The notes beneath the pieces were generated by a model. It did no database searches, was not told the origin of the DNA, and worked only from the letters and a program-made list of their open reading frames with translations. Of a stretch of DNA of 64,000 nt, positions 48,546-60,631 are shown one piece after another (the stretch's first letter is position 1; every line of letters begins with the position of its first letter). The DNA is taken from the NCBI RefSeq assembly GCF_018350175.1, contig NC_058368.1, positions 50,717,815 to 50,781,814 on the forward strand, read 5' to 3'. Source of the stretch: Felis catus (Eukaryota). A program made the position numbers and the translations under genes.

Positions 48546-49164
48546 GGTGCATCTATGTGCTAAATCCATATAGCATCACCCCAAGGTTTTGAAATAAAAA
48601 TTCAAGTCGGTAAATCTCCAGTTGATTATTGTTTTGGCATCGTTTCCATTTGCCACCATGGTTTCCTTTCTAAGTGAAAGCAAGCATCGGATTCAAAAAC
48701 TCTTAGCTGGGGTTTGAATTTATGATTCGTGAATTTATGATCCCTGGTTCCAAGAGGCAATAAATGCCACATTTGTTTATTTCTCTACCTTAATTCATCT
48801 CTGAGCACCCACTTGCCATGAGCTGTGAGGAGTCCAGCATCATTCACTGGCTGTGGTGCCCTGCTTTGCTTTGGGCAGCACCAGGACTCCTGTGACACAG
48901 AGGCCCAGGAAAGCCTCCAGTCTTTAGCTCCCAGGGAAGCTGGCATCACTGCTATGCAGGCAGATTCCCAATGTCAGAGTCAAGCACTGGTGTCCTGCCG
49001 TCTGTCACATGACCAAGCCAGGCAGGCCTCAAGGACGCCCCTCTTAGCTGCCTCCCACTGTCTGGGAGAGTCCTGTGCGCTGCTCCCAAGACCAGCATGC
49101 TGAGTGACCAGCCTCCCCAGGCCCCCACACCGCCATTGACCTGCTTAGTGTGCGAACTCCAATC

Positions 49165-49730
49165 TCTTCCTTCTCTTAACAAATGTGTACGGAACACTCA
49201 ATATGTCCTAGGCACCATTCTAAAGGTTAGGGATAGGGGCACGTGGGTGGCTCACTTCAGTGAGACGTCCGACTCTTAGTTTCAGCTCAGGTCATGATCT
49301 CACGGTTCATGTAAATACATTTAAACAATTTTTTTTTTAATGTTAGGGATAAAAACTATCCACTAGGCAAAAAAAAAAAGGCCCAACTGTTAATAGTGTA
49401 GTGGGTAGACAGACAGGAGATAAGTATAATGAAACTATCAAGGCACGATATAATGTATTAAGTGCTAAGAAGAAAACTAAAGCCAGGTAAGGAGACAGAG
49501 TAAGGCATGAGAAAAAGACTCTGAGGTTGGAATATTTGTGCAGAGATAAGAATGAAGCGACAAAGTGAGGCTTGAGGACTTCTAGGGCCAAAGGTCTCTG
49601 GGAAGAGAGAAAAACAACTTGTTTGAGGAACACCAAGGAGGACCATTCATTGTATTTGAGTAAGGGGGTGAGTGGGAGGCGATGGGGTTGAAGACTTAGG
49701 ATCTTACAGGGCATTACAGGCCACGGAGTG
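49165..49730 (-). mobile_element. L2 3' region interrupted by a SINE
   Basis: AACAAATGT..ATGTCCTAGGCACCATTCTA..GGCCAAAGGTCTCTGG..TGTTTGAGGAACACCAAGGAGG. Confidence 0.7.
49236..49341 (+). mobile_element. Internally deleted CanSINE
   Basis: tRNA head to ..CACGGTTCATG joined directly to the tail; TSD GTTAGGGATA 49226-49235 / 49342-49351. Confidence 0.9.
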
Positions 49731-49732
49731 AA

Positions 49733-49936
49733 TTTTTAATATTATTTATTTATTTATTTATTTTAAGAGAGAAAGCACAAGTGGGGGAGGAACAGAGAGA
49801 GGGAGACAGAGAATCCCAAGCAGGCTCCACACTGTCAGCACTGAGCCCGATGCGGGGCTCGATCCCATGAACTGTGAGATCATGACCTGAACCAAAGTCA
49901 GACAGTTAACCAAATGAGCCACCACCCAGTCGCCCC
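49733..49936 (-). mobile_element. CanSINE
   Basis: Consensus match on the reverse strand. Confidence 0.95.
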
Positions 49937-49959
49937 TAATTTTATTCTGAGTCTGATAG

Positions 49960-50335
49960 TATCTTTGTTTTCTATTTCTCCATAACACTTTATCTCAAAC
50001 TGAGTATTTTGAAAAGACACACGAGTCCAGCACGTGTTAGCTGGGGCGTAAGATTTCTCGAGGCTAAAATCAGAGTGTCAGCTGGCTGCATCCTCATCAG
50101 GAGGGTTGACTGGGGAAAGATGTGTCATCCTACGCTCCTTCAAGTTGTTTGCAGTATGCATTTCCTGCAGATGTATGACTGACGTCCCCATTTTCTCGCC
50201 AGCTTACAAGATCACTCTTGGCTCCTTGAGTCCCCTCTCAGGTCCTTGCCATGTGGCCTGCTCAGTGACATGGCAGTTGGCTTCTTCCAGGCCAGCAGGA
50301 GCATCTCTCCCTGTACATCTCTCTGCCATCTTCCA
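49960..50335 (-). mobile_element. MLT1 (E-like) MaLR LTR; may extend to ~50800
   Basis: AGGCTAAAATCAGAGTGTCAGCTGGCTGC..GCATTTCCTGCAG..GACTGACGTCCCCATTTTCT..TCCTTGCCATGTGGCC. Confidence 0.75.
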
Positions 50336-51171
50336 AGGACTCACAGAGAGGCATCAAAAAAGGCATGGTCTACGTGAACTCTGCCTCTCGCAGATGCCTC
50401 CGTCCCTCTCCTCCACTTGTCTTTTCCACACAGTGCTTATTACCCAGCTGTGCCACACCACTCTCCTCCAGGAGTTGCACACTTTTTCACAGGAGGACGT
50501 GGAGGTTCATATACCACAACTCTCTCCAAAGGAGGGTGGGGAATAGCACTAGGCTCATGAGAGACCACTGTTGGGGCTTCTGGAGGCAGCCAGACTCTTA
50601 ATGAGAGAAAGCTGATGCTGATTGCAGTCTTGGACTCTTGAAAATGAGGTCTCTCTGTGAGGGGATAATTTGTGGTTTCCCCGGGGTGCCCCATTTGGGA
50701 ACAGATCTCACCTCCTAGTATTTTTTCATCCTACCTTGTGTGGGACAGGGTATAACCAGGCATACTCACGGTTGAGAGGCGTTCTTGAAGATTTCTTCTT
50801 TAAACCTGATTTGTATGGTAAAGTTACAAAAGCCTCTCCCTTACCCACCCAGGATGGCTGGGGTCATTTTCAATTACATACTTTCCAATTCTGTTGCCAC
50901 CAGGGTAAAAAGAGGAAGGCAGATAAAGCTAGGGGTTGGTGTCACTTCATTTTACAACATAATCTATAGTCTTCATAGTGCAGCTTAACTTCCATTTCCT
51001 CTCTCTGTAATACAATAGTCACCATCTGCAGTTACTTTTTTAAATGTGAAAATTGCCATAAAATTGGTCCTTTGCTTCCCCCATCTCAATCACAGCCATT
51101 TCTTTAATTCATCTTCATATCTCCTGTTTTGAAAGTATGTAATTTTCCTACTAGTTCTTAGGAACTTATAG

Positions 51172-51700
51172 CATGCTGGATTCCTGAAAATACCACTAAA
51201 ACAAACTGTGGACAGGATGAGGCTGATTTTATAGGTTTCCAAAGTGAAGGAAAGCATTTATCTTGATAGAATCTCAGTAGCTTCTTAGAGAGTGGAGGGC
51301 AAACTTGTAATATTTATGATGTTTGGACGCATGATTTAAGATGGGACGCTGAGTACAATTGGATAAGGGCCACACTATAATACTTTAGGTTTGATGAACA
51401 CCACAAGGTGGAGATTTTTTTAGGCAAGGGATTCTAGGAGTAACATCAAGAATTGAGTAGTTAGAGAGACCAAAAAAAAGTAGCTATTGAAAAGGTAAAT
51501 GTCTGATGTTGATTTAGATGATTTTTTTTTTTGAGAATGAGGGGGATTTTCCTGAAACAAAAAATACAGCTATGTGCAACTTTTGCCTTCCTGAGCAAAA
51601 GGTTCCTGGAATAGTCATATTAGTGAAGTCTGCTCAATGGTACAATTTTCCAAAGATAGATAGTAAAGCTATATGGGTATAGATGGCTTGGGTTCTCACA
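51172..51700 (-). mobile_element. ERV1-type solo LTR (MER67-like)
   Basis: Reverse strand begins TGTGAGAACCCAAGCCATCTATACCCATATAGCTTTACT; family name from recall only. Confidence 0.5.
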
Positions 51701-53329
51701 TACATCAAAGTTTTAAGAATCTTGATTCAATTAGGACTAAGGATTCCAATATTGGCTTAATGACTAAGACTTAAAGAAATTACATGACGTGTGTAAGTCC
51801 AGTTATTTTCAGAGCAGGTATTTTCACCCAGTTACTTCTACTTCATGTTGCTCCCTCTGTAGAAATTCTTGCTCTGGTCTAGCTCTGTGGGTTAGACTGA
51901 CATGTCCCAACTCACGGATAAATTCATCATGATATTTTTTATATACTCTGGCACAACTAACTTTGTAAAATATCATGCTTGGATAGTAGAGTAACCTGGC
52001 TAGTGGAATCCTGACATACTTATTTATGAAAAATAACCGACCCAACTCCAAAAAGCAACTCAAAATTTCTAACTTACTGCATAATAGCTTGTGGAGAGAG
52101 CCTTGTGACGATTTATTTTGAATCACCAGAGTCTCGTATGGCAATTTGTACATGCTAGGATGGATTGATAGGAATATGTTAAAATACTTTTAAGACTTAA
52201 GGAATTAAAGATAATAGATAGATATTAGAAGAAATAGAAATAGAAATAATTTCTATGATTTACTTGTTTAGTAAATGAGTGATGAATTCAGAAGACTATT
52301 CTAGATGGTACAGTATCAATGAGAATTCATCACAACATCAGTCATAAGTACTGCACATTTATAAATCTCCATTATAATTTCTTGCTACACATAACTTACT
52401 TTTAACTTAATTGACAATACTGGTGATTTAGCACTGAGAAACAGTTTGCCATCACATTTGCATATGGCTAGGATTGCTCTAACTTGTATTTGCGAAGTTC
52501 ATTTTTTCTTCCACTGCTATGCACATCTTTATTATTACTGAGTGATGTGCACCTCACCTTAGATTTCCTGAGGAAATTATGATAAATATGATAAATTATG
52601 ATAATTATGATTAATGATGGTGCTTTATTTCAGAATTCTGTTCTCCAGAATGCATCTATCCTCTGTTAAATTAATGAAGAAAATAGATCATGAAATTCTG
52701 GATGAATCCATTTTATAAATACTCTTTCAAAACTTGCAGGAAATTACTGTGGTTGAGTTTCCAGACAGAATAAAGTTGGGAAGAAGGGGGAAAACTCCAT
52801 TTTGGAGACTATGATTTCTCATATCTGTGGCTTACTTTTTATTACCACTTTCATGTTAATTTCCCTCTCATTTTCTATAGCTCCTCTTTGAAAACTCATA
52901 TTGCCTTCCCAGGGAAGACATTTCCTTCTTCTCAGGTTCTGAGAACAGCAGTTTCTAAATCCATTTATATAAATACCCCAAACCTTAATTTCTAACTATC
53001 ACTGCATCCTTTTCTTATTACTTTGCCAATATAATCTCTTCCTGATAAATATGTTTTTCCCTCTATCTATATTCTCTCACTTTTAGAGTTAATTTATTTC
53101 TTTGGGAAAAAAATACTTTCTTATTGATCCTATTTCTTCTTGAATCTATTAGAGAAAATCCTTGGTAAGTAAAACTTACAGACTCTTTTCTTCAAGAATC
53201 AGTAGCTCCAGAAATGGTCCTGGATGTAGGAAGAGTAAGGAGAATTCCCTCAGGATTTGTTCCTTTCCATAAGTCCATCAACACTACTATCCTACAAGCC
53301 AGAGTCATTTTTGCATTTTAAAAATGAAT

Positions 53330-55670
53330 TCCACTTCTGCCCAAGGAATGAATGGTGGTGAGATTACAGTTTTCTTTTTTGATTCATATACCCCGGACTG
53401 GGCTCTAGAGAAGCCAGAAGAGTGGAAACACTCACAGGCAGAGACAAAAACAAAATAAAAGTAAGACACTGAGAGTAGAGTGTTGTTTCTAGCCAAAGAT
53501 CCAAGAAATGGCAGGCTAGCAAGTCAGAACACTTCTAGACAATAATTGCTCTTCTTCAGCCAAATGTCAGGGAAAAAAAACAAACAAACCCAACTGTGTC
53601 CCAGTGTGGAAATTAGATTTCCACACTGAGCAGGCTATAATAATGTGCCCCAACACCCTGCAGAGTTGTGTCACAAAAAGCCAAGCTAGGAGCCTTGACT
53701 TACATCCTCCCCAGGTAGTAACAGGGTGGCCCTACCTTGAGATGGTGTCAGAGGATGCCTGATGGAGCATCAGGGCTTTCATTGCCACTCGGTGGTAATG
53801 TGATAATTGGAGATTATTATCAGTGATAATGAGGCAATAGTCTCCACTGGTTTTAGCGAGACCACATGGGGAACAGTACAGAGTGGTATCAACCCAGGAC
53901 TGGTGGGGTGAGGGGGAGCCTGAACTCCCAGCCCCGCCCCACAGTAATGAGAAGCCTCTTTCCTGCCACTACACCTGAGTCACAGGCTGAGTGGGAAACC
54001 CGAACTTTCACGCCTTCTTGGCAATAATGAGGCAGAACACAACCCCTGCCGGAGCGATTTCAGACAAGACCTGCTAAAACACAAAATTTAAATAAGACAC
54101 AGAGTCTTATAATGCCTTAAATGTCCAAGTTTCAACACGAAGATGATACAGATGTTAGAATTCATCTGGCAAGAATTTTGTTTAATATTTATTTATTTAT
54201 TATGTTTTAGATATATAGAGAGAGTACGAGTAAGGGAGAGGGGCAGAGGGGGAGAGAGAGAGAGAGAGAGAGGATCTTAAGAAGGCTCCACACACAGTGT
54301 AGAGCCTGATGTGGGGCTCAATCCCATGACCCTGGGATCATGATGTGAGCTGAAAGCAAGAGTCTGATGCTCAACTGACTGAGCCAACCAGACACCCCTA
54401 TCTGACAAAATTTTTAAAGCATACATCATAAAAATGTTCCACTGAGGAATTATGAACACACTTGGAACAGATAGAAAAATAGAAAATCACAGGAAAGGAC
54501 TATGGAAATCACAGGAAAGGACTATGACAAAACGTAAAGGAGAACCAAGTAGAAATTTTGAACTGAAAATTTAATAACCTAAATAAAAAAAAGCTGAATA
54601 GATGAGCTCAATAGTAGAATAGAGAGGATTGGGGTGGGGAAGATCAGTGAACTTGAAGATAGAATATAATGACCTAATCTGCAAAACAGAGAGAAAAAAG
54701 TCTGGGGGAGAAAAAAACTTGAACAGACATGGAGAACTGTGAGACTATAACAAAAGATCTGACATTTGTGTCATCAGAGTCCCAGAAAAAGTGGAGAAAG
54801 AAGGCAGAGGTAAAAGGGTGCTTAAACTTTTCAAATTTGGCAAAAGACATAAACCAACAGATTTGAGGTGAGTAAACCCCAAAAGTAAAAATACAAAGGA
54901 ATCCACACCAAAGCAAACCAGTTAAGCTTCTGAAAACTAGAATCAGAACAACACAAATCTTGAAAATAGCAAGAGAGAAATGATCCCTTACCATGGAAGA
55001 AAAACAGTTGGAATGAAAGGGCATTTCTCTTCAAAAGCCACAGAGGCCATCTCGATGTTTTCAAGAGCTGAAAGAAAATATCTGTTCACACAGATTCCTA
55101 TAGCTGGCAACAATGTTCTTCAGAAATAAAGCATTCTCGGATGAGGATACGAAAGGATTTGTCACCCAGTAGACGACCATAAAAAATGACTAAAGTAAGA
55201 TCTCTAAGCAGAAAGAAAATGGTAAAAGAAGGAATCATGAAGGAAGAGAAGGGATGGAAGAATAATGGAGAGAGAAAAAATATGGGTAAATACAGTAGAC
55301 ATTCTTCTTTCTCTTGAGTTTTCTCAATAATATTTCACAATTAAAGCAAAAATTGTAACAGTCTGATACAGTTCTCAATTAATACAGAGAAAACCTTTAG
55401 AATGATTCTATTACTCAAATTACAGAAATGTGATAAGGTTGTGTAGAAATAAATACACACAGACACAAGTGCATATAAAAGTTGGAAAATCTGAATAAGA
55501 TTAAAATTAGATCAATATTAATTACCTGTCTGTGATGTACTATCAGTTATACAAGATGTTATTGTTGAGGGAAACTGGGTGAAGGATACGAGACATCTCT
55601 CTGTAGTATTTATTATTATCCCAATGGCATATGAATCTACAATTATCCCCAAATAAAATTTTTTTCATAA
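53330..55670 (+). mobile_element. Old L1M (MC/MD-like): 5' UTR, ORF1 remnant and 3' UTR piece
   Basis: ORF1 text GATGAGCTCAATAGTAGAATAGAG..GATCAGTGAACTTGAAGATAGA..TGTCATCAGAGTCCCAGAA; 3' UTR GGGAAACTGGGTGAAGGATAC..ATGAATCTACAATTATC. Confidence 0.8.
54176..54398 (-). mobile_element. Older CanSINE
   Basis: Consensus match; TSD ATCTGGCAAGAATTT / ATCTGACAAAATTT. Confidence 0.93.
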
Positions 55671-55685
55671 AAAATGCCTTCCTGA

Positions 55686-55738
55686 GGGGTGCCTGGGTGA
55701 CTCAGTCAGTTGAGCATGCGACTCTTGAGCTGAGATCA
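55686..55738 (+). mobile_element. CanSINE 5' head only (3'-truncated)
   Basis: GGGGTGCCTGGGTGACTCAGTCAGTTGAGCATGCGACTCTTGA, with no body or tail. Confidence 0.85.
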
Positions 55739-56610
55739 AGTGTGCTAGTGTGCTAAGTTGGACCAGAAATAAAAGCATCACTTAGAAAAGACAGCTAGAA
55801 ACTTGGGAAGGATCTTGTAAGGTAGTCACAATCTTGCTTACTTCCCAGACTCAGTGATAGAGTCTGATGTTGGCAAGTTCAGAATCTGGATTTTAATTAA
55901 AGCATCCAGAATTTATCCATCTCTGCAGACTAAGATCAAGCTAACTCACAAGAGACAAATGTTTGCATGAACAAGAAAAAGTAGATATTCTTTCTTGCTG
56001 ACCCTCTCTCTTCTATCTGCCTCTTTTTCTGGGTGTTCCTCTTCCAAGGCCCTCAAAAAAGTATCCTGTCTTTATTTGGGAAACATATCTCACCAGTTCC
56101 TGCTTGAATTCTGTGAGATGAATGCTTCCAACTGAACATTAATGGAGCTTAATGTACTTCACTCGTCCCTAAAGGAGAAAATTGAACTGCAATCCTATGG
56201 AGAGAACAAAACAGGTAAAAAATCTGGTTTTAATTTGGTTTAAACTGGACTATAATTTCCATTATAACTGAACTGTAAACTTAAAGTTTAGTACTTATTT
56301 CTTCATTAGGAAATAAGTACACCCCGCCCACGTGCACATTCATTTTCTTCAAAGACCATACACTCGAGTTTTATATGAGGAAAGGAAAATTTCTCCCACT
56401 AATTTGATTTTGACTTTGCCCGTTAAAAAAACAGCAACCTTTGCACTACTCTTGTTAAGAACATCTGTTTCCTTCCTAGAACTGACTTGTGTTGTGAAGT
56501 CTGCAACATTTTATAAATAGCTCCCTCTTTGGCATATGGTGCAAGCCCAATAGGTACTTTATTCTTAATTTCATAGAAAATGGAAGAGATGTGGAAGAAG
56601 GATGTATCAA

Positions 56611-56737
56611 GGGGTACTGGGGTGGCTCAGTCAGTTAAGCATCTGACTCTTAGTTTCAGCTCAGGTCATTATCTCATGGTTTTGTGAGTCTGAGCTCCGT
56701 GCTGGGCTCTGAGCTGGCAGCACAGAGCCTACTTGGG

Positions 56738-56789
<52 letters not shown>

Positions 56790-56852
56790 TATCTCTGCCT
56801 TTCCCCCACTAGTGCTATCTCTGTCTCTCTCAAAATAAATAATCTTAAAAAA
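56611..56852 (+). mobile_element. CanSINE with expanded (CT)n
   Basis: Consensus match; ATGTATC on both flanks. Confidence 0.95.
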
Positions 56853-57029
56853 GATAATGTATCCAATTATGTGACCCTCAGACATCCATTGTTCCTTCAT
56901 TTGTGAAGCTTACCACAGCTTTAATTCTTACCCTATACAAGTATTCCTTTTATGTTCTTTTCATTATTGCAATTAATTAGTTAGGTGTGGAATAATTATT
57001 CTAATTATACTATGCTGGATTACATGCTG

Positions 57030-57172
57030 GGCCCTAAGATCCTTGAGGGCAGGGACCATGTCTTGCATATCCATCTGTTCCCAATGCATATCACAGGCAA
57101 ATAGTAGGAACTCAATAAATATTTGTCAGATGGATGGATGGATGGATGGATAGTTGGATGGATGGTTGGATA
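57030..57172 (+). mobile_element. L2 3' end with (GATG)n tail
   Basis: TAAGATCCTTGAGGGCAGGGACCATGTCTTG..TAGTAGGAACTCAATAAATATTTG. Confidence 0.85.
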
Positions 57173-57286
57173 GAGAAAAACATGACAAATGACTTATACT
57201 TTCTGTGCCTCAGTGATCCTATATGTAAAACAGAGTAGTTCTGAAGATTAAACGTGCTACCATAATGCACATAGAAGAATATAGAC

Positions 57287-57392
57287 TTCCTTCCTTCCTT
57301 CCTTCCTCCCTTCCTTCCGCCTTTCCTTTCCTTTCCTCTTTCCTTTCCTTTCCCTTCCTTTCCTTTCCCTTCCTTTCCTCCTTCCTTCCTCC
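57287..57392 (+). repeat. (TTCC)n/(TTTCC)n polypyrimidine tract
   Basis: Direct reading of the sequence. Confidence 0.95.
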
Positions 57393-58499
57393 TATCCATT
57401 CATTTATCTATTCATCTATCCATCATACAGCTATATATTTAATCTGCATCATAAAATGCAGGGGGATAATTAAGGTCTAGTGAATGTTAAAAGTAACCAG
57501 ATTCTATGATTATAAAAAAGTCTTATCATAGCTTGTATAAAACAGTGATAACATGCTTATCATAGTGAACTCATAAAAAGAATGAAGAAGAACCAAAGAA
57601 TTGCCCATGCTACCAAAGCAATTGCTAATAGATTTCTATCAAGCCTTTATCTATGAATAAGTTGAGTAAAGTATCAAATGGAAAGACCATTAAAAAAGCA
57701 AGGTCTAAAATAAGCCCTCAAGTAGCTTATTAAAATAAACTCTAAGTAGATGATTAAATTTATCTTAAAGTATCTACTAGTGGTAATATATTTTAATAGT
57801 ACTTTCCAATTATAAAAGTGATCTCTGTTATGATAGGGCATTTGGAAAATAAAGAAAAGTTAAAAAAAAAGAAAAAATATTTCATAATTCACTGCAACTT
57901 TTTTCTGTGCTTCCATTTTAACACTGTTTCAGATGTACATTGTAAATACTACATTTTCCAAAGTATATAAAATGTTTAATATTTATTATAATCTAAGTAT
58001 AAGTATAATACATATCGTTGCAAATAGTACCCCAGCTACTAAACATTTCTGAAATCATTTTATTTGAAGATCTACTCTGTGAACATGGTGTAATTCAGAT
58101 ATCTATTTTATATTGTTAAATTTGTAGCTTTTATATAATTTTTTACTTTCAAAGTTTAAGGGTAAACTTTGATTTAGGCTTTTTTTGTCTCTGATTTTTT
58201 CCTTAAATGAAACACTTATACTTTGAATTATAGATCACAGTGTATGAACTATCTTTTTACCCTGGCTTATAAAAATAAATGGTTTTTATAAGTTTAGATA
58301 TTACAGATGTGTATAAAGTAGAAGGTCTTCCTGTAATTTTACCCCACAGCTTTCAAAGCTAACCACTGTTAATAATTTGGTATGTGTCCTTTTAGATTTT
58401 ATGTGGGAGTTTGCTTTTCATTTTATTTGTAACTGATTCCTCCTTCACACCAAAATAGAAGGGTAAGTCACCAAGGTATTGCAAAAGTCTTGGGGTGCA

Positions 58500-58502
<3 letters not shown>

Positions 58503-58543
<41 letters not shown>
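58503..58543. repeat. (TA)n microsatellite
   Basis: Direct reading of the sequence. Confidence 0.98.
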
Positions 58544-58546
<3 letters not shown>

Positions 58547-58844
58547 CATATAAAAAGTGTATTCATATATACATACTCTTCTTATATTAATAGTAAAAGT
58601 ATTTACTCCCTTAGCTATGAAGACTAATGATTTGATTTTATTCTTTATACACACTTTCAGAGACTTTTTTTTAGCATTAACACTATTGTTGAATTGGTTT
58701 TTTTTTCATGGGAGATTGTGTCCTGGCTACACGAAGTAGGAAAAAGACTAAGATAGTAAGATTATTTTCTTCCTTATTCAAAATATGAGTATATACTATT
58801 ATAAGATATTCTTCATTGTCAAAATAATTCAGTGTAAGTTTTTA

Positions 58845-59072
58845 AATTAAAAAAATAATTTTAATGTTTTTATTTATTAATTTTTTTTTTGAGACCTAGA
58901 CAGAGCATTAGCAGGGAAGGGGCAGAGAGAGAGGGAGACAGAGAATCAGAAGCAGGCTCCAGGCTCTGAGCTGTCAGCACAGAGCCTGACATGGGGCTCA
59001 AACTCACAGACTGTGAGATCATGACCTGAGCTGAAGTCGGATGCCTAACCGACGGAGCTACGCAGGCACCCC
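58845..59072 (-). mobile_element. CanSINE (SINEC_Fc-type)
   Basis: Perfect 20-bp TSD TAATTCAGTGTAAGTTTTTA at 58825-58844 and 59073-59092. Confidence 0.97.
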
Positions 59073-59828
59073 TAATTCAGTGTAAGTTTTTATTGAGCAA
59101 GAGATTACCTTCACAAAAGCATGTCTTCTGTCAGTGTCTACAGTTCTAATTTCTGTCATTAGCTGCATATTAAAGAAATAATATTTAAAATATCACCTCT
59201 TCTCTAATTATATATCGTATAGTTTATTTCTCATTAATGATGTTATGTGTTTATATTTTTCTCCTTAATTTTTTCCTCTTAGTCATAATGATTAAAAGAT
59301 TGATCTATTTGTTTGTTCATTCCAGAGAATCTGGACTGTGTGGATTTGTTATGGTGGCAAGCAATGAGTTTTTCTTACCTAATTTATTAGTTTTTGCTTT
59401 TATCTTCACCTTTTTATCTTTACTATTTCCTTCTTTTATCTCTTTTGTCATCTTTTTAAATTTATAGATCTAACTTTTAGTTCAATTGTTTTAAATATTT
59501 CCTATTCATTAATACAAATTTTAAAACCATAAAGTTTCCTCTGGGTTATAGATTTGCAATGCCCTGAAGGTTTTTGGACATACAGCATTTTCACTGGGGT
59601 TCATTCCAAAAGGTCTTTTATTTAATTTCTATTTCCCCTTTAATTGAAGAATTAGCTTAGAGAGTGGTTGGTTTGTCATTATTGTTTCCAACAATTATAT
59701 TTATAGGACTCTCTTGTCACTGCAACATGTAGGGTTTTTTACTATGAATTTACTGGGTTTTCTCCTTCTACAGTATATGATCAGTTTTTTGTGTACTTTC
59801 CATGAATATTTAAAAATACATATTTCTT

Positions 59829-60025
59829 GGGGAGGCTGGGTGGCTCAGTCAGTTAAGCATCTGACACTTGACCTTAGCTCAGGTCTTGAACTCAACGGCT
59901 TCCTGGGTTCAAGCCCCATATCAGGCTCTGTGCTGACAGCATGGAGCCTGGAGCCTGCTTGGGATTCTCTGTCTCCCTCTCTCTCTGCCCCTCCCCCATG
60001 TGCGCTGTCTCTGTCTCTCTCAGAA

Positions 60026-60068
<43 letters not shown>

Positions 60069-60070
60069 AA
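59829..60070 (+). mobile_element. CanSINE with (AAAT)n tail
   Basis: Consensus match; TSD AAAATACATATTTCTTGGG / AAAATACTATTTCTTGGG. Confidence 0.96.
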
Positions 60071-60411
60071 ATACTATTTCTTGGGTTTGGATTACAGTGT
60101 GACTATATTAAAACTACTCTTCCCCTCCCATATTTGTCAACTTTAGTCATTATATTCTGAAAGAGATGTATTAAATCTTTCACTTCCTAAGAAAATGTGT
60201 ATTAGATAGATGATAGATACTACCAGTGGATATATACCTCAGTTATTATGACCTGTGTTTATAAGAACAAACATCTTTATGTGACTTAAACCATCACCTT
60301 CCACTTTTCTGAACCATCACTCTGTTTTTCATATTTGGCAGAGGACCTAGGTTCAAGTTCTGGCTTCTCTGTTGTCATTAGGACTGCAGGCTATTTGATT
60401 AAATTCTTTGA

Positions 60412-60631
60412 GGGGCGCCTGGGTGGCTCAGTTGGTTGAGCGTCCGACTTCAGCCCAGGTCACGATCTCGCGGTCCGTGAGTTCGAGCCCCACATTAGGC
60501 TCTGGGCCGATGGCTCGGAGCCTGGAGCCTGCCTCCGATTCTGTGTCTCCCTCTCTCTCTGCCCCTCCCCCGTTCATGCTCTGTCTCTCTGTGTCTCAAA
60601 AATAAATAAATGTAAAAAAAAAATTTTTTTA
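60412..60631 (+). mobile_element. Young SINEC_Fc (Fc1-like) inserted in a MIR (~60340-60760)
   Basis: CpG-rich; CAGGTCACGATCTCGCGGTCCGTGAGTTCGAGCCCC; TSD TAAATTCTTTGA 60400-60411 / 60632-60643. Confidence 0.97.

Noticed and set aside
51824..52153. 109-aa minus-strand ORF
   Set aside because: No recognisable domain or supporting splice/promoter context; length is within chance expectation
54484..54526. 21-bp tandem duplication AAATCACAGGAAAGGACTATG (also short duplications at ~13754 and ~17030)
   Set aside because: Ordinary slippage duplications, two copies only
270..60605. Recurrent ORF family GAWVAQSVKRPTSAQVMISR..LEPASDSVSPSLS
   Set aside because: These are translations of the CanSINE body, not a gene family
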